Shown in pieces: positions 48,209 through 58,009 of a stretch of DNA of 64,000 nt; positions within the stretch are counted from its first letter, which is position 1; each line of letters opens with the position of its first letter. This DNA comes from Desulfobacterales bacterium (GTDB lineage Bacteria > Desulfobacterota > Desulfobacteria > Desulfobacterales > C00003060). The notes below the pieces were generated by a model that saw only the letters and a list, made by a program, of their open reading frames with translations, did not search any database and was not told where the DNA came from. Both the position numbers and the translations under genes were made by a program. Where the stretch lies: assembly GCA_013375375.1 (NCBI GenBank), contig JABXJX010000002.1:1584-65583 (forward strand). Direction: 5' to 3'.

Positions 48209-49003
48209 ATGATAGTGGATGCCCACACTCACGTTACTACTGACGGACAGTGGTTTTCAACCAGCTTTGACGCCAGCGAAACATGCTTACTGCGCCAGAT
48301 GGATGAAGAGGGTGTAGAAAAAGCTGTTGTGATCGGCTTACCGGGCTATATTTCCAACGAATCCATAAATGACCTGTGCGAACGTCATAGTGGCCGATTG
48401 CTACCTGTTGCATCTTTTAACCCGGCAGATTATGCAAATTCACAAGAAGTTTCCAGGGAAATTAGAAAACAGCTCAAAGATGAGGGGTTTATTGGAGTAA
48501 AACTACATCCGCGGTTAAACCATTATGATCCATTGGATGCTCGCGTGTTTGCCTTGCTGGATGAAATAGCAAGTTGGCCCAAACCCTTACCCGTCTGGAT
48601 AGACACCCTTTTTTATTATCCAGGCGGGGTTCTCAAAAAACCACCGGTTGAAACGATCCACGAAATGGTCGGCTCTTATCCAGGGATCACATTCTTTCTG
48701 TCGCACGCCGGGGGGCCGGACATACTGAGACTCTCCCAAGCTGTTCGTAGTTGCCCAAACACTTATTTGGAGCTTTCTCTTACTTTGACGCGGTATTTGG
48801 GCAGTTCTGTTGAGATGGATATTCGCTATCTACTGAGAACGTTCGAACAACGTTTGGTCTTTGGTTCCGATTTCCCGGAGGTCAGCCTCTCTCAAGCAAG
48901 GAATGCTTTCGACATACTTGTCAAAGATGCCAAACCCGAAGCAAGACAATCAGTTTTGGGGAATAATTTCTGCAAGATAGTCTTGCAGGAGCCCAATCAA
49001 TGA
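48209..49003 (+). CDS. amidohydrolase-2 family TIM-barrel metal-dependent hydrolase/decarboxylase-like protein
   Basis: MIVDAHTHV N-terminal metal motif, ...KLHP..., SHAGGP and FGSDFP. 1-nt gap from the aminotransferase gene. Confidence 0.7.
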   Translation: MIVDAHTHVTTDGQWFSTSFDASETCLLRQMDEEGVEKAVVIGLPGYISNESINDLCERHSGRLLPVASFNPADYANSQEVSREIRKQLKDEGFIGVKLHPRLNHYDPLDARVFALLDEIASWPKPLPVWIDTLFYYPGGVLKKPPVETIHEMVGSYPGITFFLSHAGGPDILRLSQAVRSCPNTYLELSLTLTRYLGSSVEMDIRYLLRTFEQRLVFGSDFPEVSLSQARNAFDILVKDAKPEARQSVLGNNFCKIVLQEPNQ

Positions 49004-51111
49004 ATCGTCATAACCTTGAAATCCTTGAATGCACCTTACGCGACGGCAGCTATACTATTGACTTCCAATTTACCCCTCGCGACACATACGTCATCGCCGC
49101 CGCCCTTGAGAATGCCGGCTTTAATCTTATCGAAGTGGGACATGGATTAGGCTTAAACGCATCAAGTTCAGGCAAAGGACAGGCAGCAGCAACGGACGAA
49201 GAATACATGAAGGCCGCTGCAAGCACACTCAAACGGGCTCAGTGGGGAATGTTCTTCATCCCAGGCATAGGTCAACATGAAGATCTGAAATTAGCCGCTG
49301 ATTACGGGATGGATTTCGTCCGAATTGGCACTAATGTTACAGAGGTCGAACAATCCAAAGAATATATTGAGCATGCCAAGAAGTTGGGCATGTTCGTTTC
49401 GGCCAACTTAATGAAATCTTACGCCTTGCCGCCCAAAGAACTCTCTATACGGGCAAAGCTTTCGGAAAGGTTCGGTGTTGATCTGGTGTGTCTGGTAGAT
49501 TCTGCGGGGACTATGTTGCCCGAGGATATTCAAAACTATGTGCGAACGATGCAAGATGTTCTTAATATACCAATAGGACTTCATTGCCATGACAATCTTG
49601 CACTGGGTATAGCAAATGTCTTGGCAGCGATCGATTGTGGAGTTCAGCGAATTGATAGCACTCTACAGGGAATGGGACGAGGGGGTGGCAATCCAGCCAC
49701 TGAAGTCTTAGTCAGTGTTTTGAAGAAACAAGGAATTGACCTAAACATTGATCTCAACCGTTTAATGGACGTCAGCGAGCGACTCATAAAACCAATGTTA
49801 CAGGAAAAAGGTTTTGATTCAATCAACATCACTTCGGGCTATGCCGGATTCCATTCCGGTTATCTCAAGACGATTCTCAAATATGCCGACCGCTATAAAG
49901 TTGATCCACGTGACCTGATTGTTGAGGTATGCCGGGCAGATCAAGTTTATGCTCATGAGGAACTTGTCGAAGACATCGCTTCACGGCTGCAACAGCAAGA
50001 AGCTGGTAGAGCGGGTCTGCATATCATTTCATTACCGCATTTTGCTTTTGCTGACGGGAAAGAGATGGAGGCATCGGATGATTCTCTTGCCGGAGCGGTT
50101 GAAAGGGTTGTGACAAAGGCCAGGACTACAGCCAAGAGACGAGGCAAACAGAGCGTTCTTAATATTGTTGCAGCTCCGCAGGCCGCAGAACAAACTATCG
50201 TTTCACGATTCGTGCAGGAAGAGTTTGACTATGTCATTGGCAGTGTAGAGGTTGGCAGCCCCTTGCCACTGGAAGAAATCATCGCAGTTGCTGATGGCGT
50301 GGTGGACATCTTGCTTGTGGATGCCGAACTTAAACCGTACCTCAATGAGCCTTTGTTTACAAAGGGACGTTCTCTTGCAAAGCAAAGCCGGGTGGTGGGC
50401 TACAAAGACTACGATGTCTGGGTACGTAGCGTTGACCAAGATATCCGCATGATGTTGAAGGATATTCGAGGTCGGCAGATCACGGTATGCGGTACGGACA
50501 ATCTGTCATTGAAACTTGTCTTATCCATGCTCGAACAGGGAGCAAGGGTCACACTTACAGGAGCCACCTCCGATAAGCTTGAAGTCTTCGGTGACTCCCT
50601 GAAACGAATGGCTCTCTGTACAGGGTTTCTGGGGATTGAAGCGGATCCTGTTGAGGCGGCCCGGGCGGCCGAGGTGATGGTGTCTTTTTCACGGAGGGAA
50701 CTTCTGGTCAGCCGAGCGATGGTAGAAGTGATGGCTGCCCACGGCATTATATTTGACGGGGGAATCGGTTCTGTGCCGCCTGAGGTAATCGCATACTGCA
50801 ACGAATGCGGTATGCGGATTATCCGACCGGATATGCGTGCTGTATTGGCATGTGAGCTGGCATCATTACTTGGGACAGATCGTACGGTTAATGAATTGAT
50901 GGGGCGAGGAGAAATAGCGGGCGTCCAGGTGGTAGCAGGCGGTTTGGTGGGCAAGTACGGAGATATTGTTGTAGATTCCGTATCGAATCCCTCCCGAGTA
51001 GTAGGTGTAGCTGATGGATGTGGACGGGTTCTATACGTTCCTACAGAATTCACCGATCAGATAGAGGCGGTTGAGCGAGAGATTGTACGGCGGCAAGCTC
51101 TGATCATTTAG
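49000..51111 (+). CDS. HMGL-like (DmpG/pyruvate-carboxyltransferase type) aldolase domain fused to a ~350-aa uncharacterised C-terminal domain
   Basis: ILECTLRDGSYTIDFQF, VRIGT and GLHCHDNLALGIAN..D.TL.GMGRGGGN are HMGL-like TIM-barrel motifs. No family was recognised for the C-terminal half. Confidence 0.7.
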   Translation: MNRHNLEILECTLRDGSYTIDFQFTPRDTYVIAAALENAGFNLIEVGHGLGLNASSSGKGQAAATDEEYMKAAASTLKRAQWGMFFIPGIGQHEDLKLAADYGMDFVRIGTNVTEVEQSKEYIEHAKKLGMFVSANLMKSYALPPKELSIRAKLSERFGVDLVCLVDSAGTMLPEDIQNYVRTMQDVLNIPIGLHCHDNLALGIANVLAAIDCGVQRIDSTLQGMGRGGGNPATEVLVSVLKKQGIDLNIDLNRLMDVSERLIKPMLQEKGFDSINITSGYAGFHSGYLKTILKYADRYKVDPRDLIVEVCRADQVYAHEELVEDIASRLQQQEAGRAGLHIISLPHFAFADGKEMEASDDSLAGAVERVVTKARTTAKRRGKQSVLNIVAAPQAAEQTIVSRFVQEEFDYVIGSVEVGSPLPLEEIIAVADGVVDILLVDAELKPYLNEPLFTKGRSLAKQSRVVGYKDYDVWVRSVDQDIRMMLKDIRGRQITVCGTDNLSLKLVLSMLEQGARVTLTGATSDKLEVFGDSLKRMALCTGFLGIEADPVEAARAAEVMVSFSRRELLVSRAMVEVMAAHGIIFDGGIGSVPPEVIAYCNECGMRIIRPDMRAVLACELASLLGTDRTVNELMGRGEIAGVQVVAGGLVGKYGDIVVDSVSNPSRVVGVADGCGRVLYVPTEFTDQIEAVEREIVRRQALII

Positions 51112-51138
51112 CGGTCCGAACACAGACGGAGGTTTGAG

Positions 51139-51816
51139 ATGCCAAACGGTGTAGTTAATACAAAAATAGAGAGACCTTCCGCCGAGGTGGTGGAACGGTT
51201 TAAAGAATTACCTACTAGTATAATCTCCGATGCGATGAACAGATCGAATGCCATGCATGCAGAGATCAAATGCCTTAATTCGAATATCAAAATGGTTGGA
51301 ACAGCCGTGACAGTCAAAGGAATGGTTGGTTGCAACATAATGAGCCACAAAGCTATATATGTGGCCGAACCTGGAGATGTGATAGTGTTTGATGCGAGAG
51401 GGCATACGGATACATCGGTGTGGGGATTTCTTCAGACGAAGGCTTGTGTGCTTAGAGGAATTACAGGGATTGTGATTGACGGCAGCGTCAGAGATAGTTT
51501 GGAAATCAGGCAATCAGGGCTTCCGGTATTTTGTCGGGGAATCACGCCTGCGGGGCCACACAAAGGGTGGGGAGATAGCGTTAACGTTCCGATCCAATGT
51601 GGCGGTGTGCCTGTCAGCCCAGGCGATATCATTGTCGGTGATGATGATGGCGTAATAGTTGTCCCTGGAGGTCAAGCAACAGAGATATTAAAGAAAGCGG
51701 AGGCAGAGATGACTAAGGAGGAGGATTGGTTTAAAAAGCTAGACGAAGGACAGACCACTTTAGAAATTTTATCCCTGGATGAGAAGATCGCAGAAATGGG
51801 GGTAAAAGTAATATGA
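51139..51816 (+). CDS. RraA-like protein (class II HMG/CHA-aldolase / oxaloacetate-decarboxylase fold)
   Basis: GDVIVFDARG...WG..., IVIDGSVRD and GGVPVSPGDIIVGDDDGVIVVP are RraA-family motifs. Confidence 0.8.
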   Translation: MPNGVVNTKIERPSAEVVERFKELPTSIISDAMNRSNAMHAEIKCLNSNIKMVGTAVTVKGMVGCNIMSHKAIYVAEPGDVIVFDARGHTDTSVWGFLQTKACVLRGITGIVIDGSVRDSLEIRQSGLPVFCRGITPAGPHKGWGDSVNVPIQCGGVPVSPGDIIVGDDDGVIVVPGGQATEILKKAEAEMTKEEDWFKKLDEGQTTLEILSLDEKIAEMGVKVI

Positions 51817-53036
51817 ACAAAATCCTGATGCTTTTGGGCGCAAGCCATTTTTATGCCCCCATTATTAGAGAAATACAAAAACTGGGAACAAAGGTCGTTG
51901 TTACCGACAGGGATCCTGAGGCAGAAGGCTTTCGTTATGCGGATTGTTGTGAAGTTGTCGATATTACGGACTTTGAGAAGTCGCTGGAAGTAGCTCGTAA
52001 ATACCGTATTGACGGCATTATGGCTATAAACGATTTTGGTGTCAGGACAGCCTCTTATATAGCAAATGAACTGGAATTGGTTGGAATTGACATGGAGAGT
52101 GCTATTGCGTCATGTGACAAAGGGAAACAACGGGAGAGGTGGCGCGAGGTGGAAGTGCCACAGCCTGTTTTTGAAATTATAACAGACCTTGAATCAGCAA
52201 CTGTTGCAGCGGAGCAAGTTGGATATCCGCTGGTTATAAAACCAACTGATTCTGGGGGAGCAAGTAGAGGAATCTCAGTAGTCAAACGTATATCAGAACT
52301 TGAATGGGCAATAGATTTTGCAGGGCGTTACGCGCGGACTGGTGAGATCATTTTGGAAAACTATATTGAAGGAATTGAGGCTACCGCTGAATGTTTAATT
52401 TGGAATGGCCATGTGGAAATTCTCGCAGTCTCGGACAAAGTCAAGCCTATAGATACTAAGTACCGTGTAGCGACTAGCCTGAACTATACCTCGTTCTTCC
52501 CAGACGAGGTAATGGCCCAGATACATGATGTGGTGCCAAAGGCGATACGTGCTCTTGGAATTGAACAAGGTGCTGCCCATATCGAACTCGTGATGCGGCC
52601 GGACGGTCGAGTTTGGATGGTTGAGATGGCAGCTCGACCGGGGGGAGGTCACATTTTTCACACCATTGTACCATATGTATCTGGAGTTAACATGCCGCAG
52701 GAATTTGCGAAAATCCTTACAGGGATAGAACCGGAGATAAAACCTAAGTACCAAAAAGGAGCAGTTTACAGGTTTTTTGATCCGCCCAAGGGTAGGTTGA
52801 AAACGGTTCTAGGCCTGGAAAAGGCAGGCGAATTGTCAGGGGTGCTAGCGTTGGGTATTCAGGTGCAGCCAGGCGCCATAATTGGAGACACTATAGGACA
52901 ACACCATCGGCCGGGCTACATCGTTACAGGGGCTGAAACCAGGGATGAGGCTGTAGAAATAGCTAACGCGGTTGAGCAGACTGTAATTTTTGAAATTGAG
53001 TCAAAAGCGAATCCTGCGAGCTTTACTAACACATGA
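51813..53036 (+). CDS. ATP-grasp ligase
   Basis: DK...R, GYPLVIKPTDSGGASRGISVV, ILENYIEG and AHIELVMRPDGRVWMVEMAARPGG. 4-nt overlap with the previous gene. Confidence 0.8.
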   Translation: MNKILMLLGASHFYAPIIREIQKLGTKVVVTDRDPEAEGFRYADCCEVVDITDFEKSLEVARKYRIDGIMAINDFGVRTASYIANELELVGIDMESAIASCDKGKQRERWREVEVPQPVFEIITDLESATVAAEQVGYPLVIKPTDSGGASRGISVVKRISELEWAIDFAGRYARTGEIILENYIEGIEATAECLIWNGHVEILAVSDKVKPIDTKYRVATSLNYTSFFPDEVMAQIHDVVPKAIRALGIEQGAAHIELVMRPDGRVWMVEMAARPGGGHIFHTIVPYVSGVNMPQEFAKILTGIEPEIKPKYQKGAVYRFFDPPKGRLKTVLGLEKAGELSGVLALGIQVQPGAIIGDTIGQHHRPGYIVTGAETRDEAVEIANAVEQTVIFEIESKANPASFTNT

Positions 53037-53230
53037 GACACATGCAGAGGAATTCCATCGTCCCTACAACTAAGGATTGTGACCGAAAGCAGTTTGCAAC
53101 ACGTTGGAAAGTGGCACATAGAATCATATCTACATATCGTTGTAAAAGGAAGGAACCGAATAAGATTTAGGGTTGCCGTGGTTAGATCGTTAATGTTCAG
53201 TTCTATGGAGATTTTTTTGGAGAATCCAAA

Positions 53231-54535
53231 ATGAATTACTTAGCTGAATTAGACAAATGCAATAGGTCTGTCATAACTCAATGGGCGAACAATCATACTA
53301 AACTCGAGAAATGTCCCTGGCTTTGTTACATTAGCGTAACTAATATCTGCAATAGCAGATGTACTGTATGTGCACATGGAAAGGCAATGAGGCGTGATAA
53401 GGGCGCCCTAACATTTAGTATTTTGAAACGGATAATTGGAGAGTTGCCAAACGACGTAAGAAAGATTTACCTCATGAAACAAGGTGAGCCCTTTTTAAGT
53501 AGAAATTTGGAACGTTTTGTAAGTTATATCAGAAAGCAAAAACCACATGTCCATATTGCATTACACACGAACGGAATTTTGGCTAAAAAAGAGCGCGTGG
53601 AAAAGATTCTTCCAGAGATCAATTCGATGGGAATTTCAATTAGCGCGATATCAACGGAAACGTACAAGAAGGTTCACGGAGTTAATAAATTTGAATTGGT
53701 GAAAAGAAATTTGAAAGATATCTCTGAAATACTGTTACGAATGGAGAGCAAAAAGAAGCCACACGTTTTTATCGACTATGTTTCCCAAAAGAATAATGCA
53801 CATGAAGAAAAGCGAGACATTGTTAACTTTTTTGAATCACAATTTCCAGGACTGTCATCGGTTGACTTACACTGGGTTTATAATTTCCAAGGAGAAATAG
53901 AGGAGGGGAACATGGAAGTTTACCACAAGGTACCGTACGATAAATTTCCTTGCTGTGTTTTTCCCTGGTCTTCAATAACGTTCCTCCATGACGGGAAGGT
54001 GAGCTATTGTTTCGTCGAACCGCGAGAAAACCGATTTCTAGGAGATATTACCATCCAAACTTTTGAGGAAATCTGGAACGGAAATGAATATAGGATGTTT
54101 AGGAAAAGGATGGCCAAAGGCCGTTTTGGCGAAATGGCCGATGATGGGATTTATTGTCATAGATGTTCTTGGCTTTGGAGCATGCAGTCTCAGTCGCCCC
54201 GTAATCTGAACTATGGGTATTCTGGAGATTTGAGAAGCAGCTTCCAGTACCCGTCATTCGGTGAGCTGTTGGATTTGCCGATTGAACAAATCTTTGAGAT
54301 CGGCATAGAGTTATACTTGAAAGGAGAGATTCACCGGGCAATGGGTTATTTTGGTTTGGTTCTATCAAGCGGCTGCGACGAAGGGCTTTTCAATGCGTCT
54401 AAAGAAATGAACCAAAAATGCAAGAACGTGTTAAGGAAATATAGATATCTTGCCTTGTGGCGGGAGATGATGGAAGAAGAGGGGTTCGACTCGCATAAAA
54501 AATCCTGCAAGTATTATTCTCTTGGAGAAAATTAA
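53231..54535 (+). CDS. radical SAM enzyme with SPASM/twitch-like C-terminal Cys cluster
   Basis: The CxxxCxxC motif is NICNSRCTVCAHG. Downstream are CCVFPWSSITFLHDGKVSYC, GDITIQTFEEIWNG and YCHRCSW. Confidence 0.8.
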   Translation: MNYLAELDKCNRSVITQWANNHTKLEKCPWLCYISVTNICNSRCTVCAHGKAMRRDKGALTFSILKRIIGELPNDVRKIYLMKQGEPFLSRNLERFVSYIRKQKPHVHIALHTNGILAKKERVEKILPEINSMGISISAISTETYKKVHGVNKFELVKRNLKDISEILLRMESKKKPHVFIDYVSQKNNAHEEKRDIVNFFESQFPGLSSVDLHWVYNFQGEIEEGNMEVYHKVPYDKFPCCVFPWSSITFLHDGKVSYCFVEPRENRFLGDITIQTFEEIWNGNEYRMFRKRMAKGRFGEMADDGIYCHRCSWLWSMQSQSPRNLNYGYSGDLRSSFQYPSFGELLDLPIEQIFEIGIELYLKGEIHRAMGYFGLVLSSGCDEGLFNASKEMNQKCKNVLRKYRYLALWREMMEEEGFDSHKKSCKYYSLGEN

Positions 54536-54539
54536 TGCG

Positions 54540-55817
54540 ATGAAACATCGTGAAATACGTCCGCGGGAGTGGCTGACTGACAGCAAGTTAACAGAAGCTG
54601 GAAATGTCGCGCGGGAAGAATACAAGAGCTATTGCAAGTATCTGGCCGCGTTGGGAATGCCATCTTTTAAGGTGGCAAGAACGAAATATTTCCTTCAGCG
54701 CGCTAACTATTGGACATTACCTGGTGGTTACGCCCTCCCACCGCACACGGTAAATGTTTGTGTGAACAATATATGTAATCTGCGGTGCAGGTATTGTGAC
54801 TTCGGCCAAAAGCATGATGAAACGTTTTACCATCAATACAACGTTGTTGACCGGACAAGGAAGATTGAACTACCTTTGGAGACATGCAAGTCTGTAGTAG
54901 ATCAGGTGAAGTGGTTCAATCCTATAATCAGAGCTTCATTTCGGGAACCACTGCTTTACAAGAATATCCTGCCATTTATCGAATACACAAAAAAGAACAA
55001 CCTACCTTTCTGGCTGTTAACGAATGGATTCAATCTGGCTAGGTTTGCTGAAGATCTGGTCGGGCTTGAGGTAGATTCTGTCAGATTATCTCTGGATGGT
55101 CCAAAAGATATACATGATACGATTAGGGGCGTAAAGAATGCTTACAGCCGGATGATGGAAGGGGTAAAAATTCTTATTGATAAAAGGAGAAACACAGACT
55201 CATGTATGCAAATCGGTTTTTATTTCACTCTTAACGATCAGAATTATGACAGAATTTTAGAAACTGTGGAGGTTTTGGACAATGAGGGAGTCTTAAAAGA
55301 TGTGTTCTTCAATTTTCAATGGCTGTTGTATACGACGAAGAAAATGGCCAAAGAACATAATGAAACCCACGGAAAAGTTTGTGAAGGATATATACAGGAG
55401 TCAACGGTCCACGCAGTAGACATTTATAAGATGGATCTAAAAGTTATGAGTGAACAAGCTAAGATTGTCCAGAGAAAATATCCTGCAGAAAAAGGATACC
55501 GTATTCATTTTAGACCGTCTTTTGAGTATGAAGATCTCGTCAGGTACAGAGAGACCGAAGAATTCTCTGTGGAAGATCCACGATGCAGGGTCCTATGGTA
55601 TAACATGAACATCAATCCTGCAGGTGAGGTGAAGTCTTTCCATCATTGCCTTCTTCCGGTTGTGGGAGATATCAATGAGCAGTCGATTATGGATATATGG
55701 AACGGAGACAATTTTAGAAGACAGAGAAGGCTACTGTTAGAGCATGGAGCATATCAGGGGTGTGCCCGATGCTGGGGTGTGTACTGTCTTTTAGAGGACC
55801 AAAAGAGAAGAGATTAA
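54540..55817 (+). CDS. radical SAM enzyme with SPASM-like domain
   Basis: NNICNLRCRYCDFG; C-terminal CRVLWYNMNINPAGEVKSFHHC, GDINEQSIMDIWNG and GCARCWG. ATG 54540 follows GGAGAAA. Confidence 0.8.
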   Translation: MKHREIRPREWLTDSKLTEAGNVAREEYKSYCKYLAALGMPSFKVARTKYFLQRANYWTLPGGYALPPHTVNVCVNNICNLRCRYCDFGQKHDETFYHQYNVVDRTRKIELPLETCKSVVDQVKWFNPIIRASFREPLLYKNILPFIEYTKKNNLPFWLLTNGFNLARFAEDLVGLEVDSVRLSLDGPKDIHDTIRGVKNAYSRMMEGVKILIDKRRNTDSCMQIGFYFTLNDQNYDRILETVEVLDNEGVLKDVFFNFQWLLYTTKKMAKEHNETHGKVCEGYIQESTVHAVDIYKMDLKVMSEQAKIVQRKYPAEKGYRIHFRPSFEYEDLVRYRETEEFSVEDPRCRVLWYNMNINPAGEVKSFHHCLLPVVGDINEQSIMDIWNGDNFRRQRRLLLEHGAYQGCARCWGVYCLLEDQKRRD

Positions 55818-56133
55818 TTTCTTTGATAACAAGAAAATGTTCATCTAGAGGGCACGTATGCCACAGGATACGCCCCAATTGGTGAGAACGATAGTCATAT
55901 TGTTCACACAGGCAAAGAAATTAGTGTACTGACGGTTTAGGCGGTTTGTGTTGGAATGGTATGAGTTTGACAGCAAAAAGGTTTGTCAATCCAAAAAATA
56001 TTTTAAAAGTTATGGATAGCTTTTGGCAATAAGTGAGTTCAAGCTGCCACGTGAATTAGAAAGGAAGGGTTGAGGTCGTCGAAAATGAGTTGCAATAGTT
56101 ATAGAGCTTATCTCCAAAAGTATTGGATCAAGA

Positions 56134-57018
56134 ATGAAAGATCGCAAGTTTCCCGTCAGCGATTACAAAAGTAAGGATTCCCGTTGGAATGCCTATTACA
56201 GCAGCTTTGACATTGAGTCGTATCTGCGGATATTGGAGTATGATGAAGCCACCCTCTTCATCGACGAACACCTTGGCCCATTACCCAAAGAAAGCTTCAT
56301 CTTGGATATCGGCTGTGGTTCTGGTCGCCATCTGGTTCACCTCAGCAATATGGGCTTTACCAATCTTTTTGGTGTGGATCTAAGTCCTCATGGCATCAGG
56401 AATTTGACTATCCGCCGCCCTGAGATCAAAGCTCAGGTTGCCGATGCCACCAAATTGCCGTTTGATGACAATACATTTGAAGCAATCCTTATGGTAGGGG
56501 TCGTGTATGAGATTGCGAATGTTTCCTTACATGATCAGGTCATAACCGAGATTCGGAGAGTATTGCGTCCTGGTGGACGAGTTGTTTTCATTAATAATTC
56601 ACCATACAACTTTGGTGAGCGGATATTTACCATTACTCAGACAATTTCTGCCTTTGTCAAGAGCTCTCAACTAAAGTTCTTTGTTTGGCGTTATGAGCGC
56701 AAAGATGTTCACACATTGTTTTTGCGTCACGGGCTACGCTTAGTTGAAGAATGGCCTTGCAGTATACGACGTGGGGTGTTTCGATTTTTCTATGGGATCT
56801 TTGTGCCAAAAAACGTGAAAGAAAACCGCAAAAGACGGATAAACAACACCAATGGCCAACCGTATTCCTTGCATGAATACTACCTGGTCAACAAGGATCG
56901 AAGCCTACTTACTCCTTTGGGTAACTATGTGGCCCGGATTTCGGCGCGGGTCGACCCTTTCCTCTTCGCCAATACAATTTGCTACCTATTCAAAAAGAAA
57001 GCCCCTACGTTCAAATAA
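56134..57018 (+). CDS. class I SAM-dependent methyltransferase
   Basis: ILDIGCGSGRH (motif I), DATKLPFDDNTFEAI, and LRPGGRVVF. Confidence 0.8.
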   Translation: MKDRKFPVSDYKSKDSRWNAYYSSFDIESYLRILEYDEATLFIDEHLGPLPKESFILDIGCGSGRHLVHLSNMGFTNLFGVDLSPHGIRNLTIRRPEIKAQVADATKLPFDDNTFEAILMVGVVYEIANVSLHDQVITEIRRVLRPGGRVVFINNSPYNFGERIFTITQTISAFVKSSQLKFFVWRYERKDVHTLFLRHGLRLVEEWPCSIRRGVFRFFYGIFVPKNVKENRKRRINNTNGQPYSLHEYYLVNKDRSLLTPLGNYVARISARVDPFLFANTICYLFKKKAPTFK

Positions 57019-57058
57019 TAAAAGCACAAAATGGTCATGATCAAAAAGGGGGTACTTA

Positions 57059-58009
57059 ATGGATATAATTAAGGATATAGTTTTTGAGTTGACTCTTAGA
57101 TGTAACCTCAGTTGTGCCATGTGTTCGCGACAGTTCCTGAAAAACAAGCCTTCAGACCTAGATTTCGCCTCACTGGAGCGTGTGCTGAGCGATTTGAAGA
57201 CTTTTTACAGCTCGAACCAGATCAATTTTAGTTTCGGGGGCTATGGGGAGCCACTTTTGTACCCGCACTTGTTTGAGGCAATTGAGACAGTTAAAACCAC
57301 ATTCCCACATAGTAATCTAACTATAACGACTAATGGTCATCTGCTGACAAGTTCTTTGATCGATAAATTGATGGTTTCACCGCTGGATTACGTACGCGTG
57401 AGCCTTAACGCTACGTGTGCTGAAGAATACCTGAGACTTATGAATAGCGACAGGTTCGACATGGTTGTATCAAATATCGAGCGTTTTCTTCGCAAGAAGC
57501 AGTCAATAAGGAGCCGGATTAAGGTAGGCATCCAGATCCTGGATACAACGATAAATAGGCAAAAATACCCTGAATACAAAAAGAGGTGGGAAGACCTTCT
57601 TACTGGCGATGATTTTATAACCTATCGCCTGATGGAAAATCGAGGCGGGACTATTGACTCCGTACGTCTTTCAAAGGGTAGCTCTCCAGGCCGCATAAAG
57701 ATGCGGTGGCCCTGCTATGCCCTTTGGTGCCACATTGCAATTGATACCCTGGGCCGCGTTTTTTCTTGCTGCGAAGCCTACACATTCAGGGATGACAGCA
57801 GTCTTTTACAGCTTGGCTTGCTTGAAGAATCGTCCATTGTTGATTTGATCAACTCGGAAAACTTAAAAAGGATGCAGGAGATGCACTTAAGAAATGATTA
57901 TTCTCTCCTGCCGGAGTGCCTAAAATGCACCAAGCCGATCAATTATCCGAACTATTGGGTTCTAAACAACGGTGTTTGGGTCGAAAAAGATGAGAATATT
58001 GCTAATTGA
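57059..58009 (+). CDS. radical SAM enzyme with SPASM-like domain
   Basis: LTLRCNLSCAMCSR; C-terminal WPCYALWCHIAIDTLGRVFSCC...ECLKC. Confidence 0.8.
   Translation: MDIIKDIVFELTLRCNLSCAMCSRQFLKNKPSDLDFASLERVLSDLKTFYSSNQINFSFGGYGEPLLYPHLFEAIETVKTTFPHSNLTITTNGHLLTSSLIDKLMVSPLDYVRVSLNATCAEEYLRLMNSDRFDMVVSNIERFLRKKQSIRSRIKVGIQILDTTINRQKYPEYKKRWEDLLTGDDFITYRLMENRGGTIDSVRLSKGSSPGRIKMRWPCYALWCHIAIDTLGRVFSCCEAYTFRDDSSLLQLGLLEESSIVDLINSENLKRMQEMHLRNDYSLLPECLKCTKPINYPNYWVLNNGVWVEKDENIAN

Noticed and set aside
50409-51053. 214-aa minus-strand ORF, plus similar long antisense ORFs at 44185..44751, 60202..60726, 23517..23981, 33960..34508, 36816..37469 and 37798..38295
   Set aside because: Each lies wholly inside a gene with clear family motifs on the opposite strand. 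None has an RBS or recognisable domain.
53042-53167. 41-aa basic ORF (MQRNSIVPTTKDCDRKQF...) in the gap before the first radical-SAM gene, as a RiPP precursor
   Set aside because: It has no RBS and a highly basic, low-information sequence. It is kept only as something to test (see the radical-SAM finding), not as a feature.
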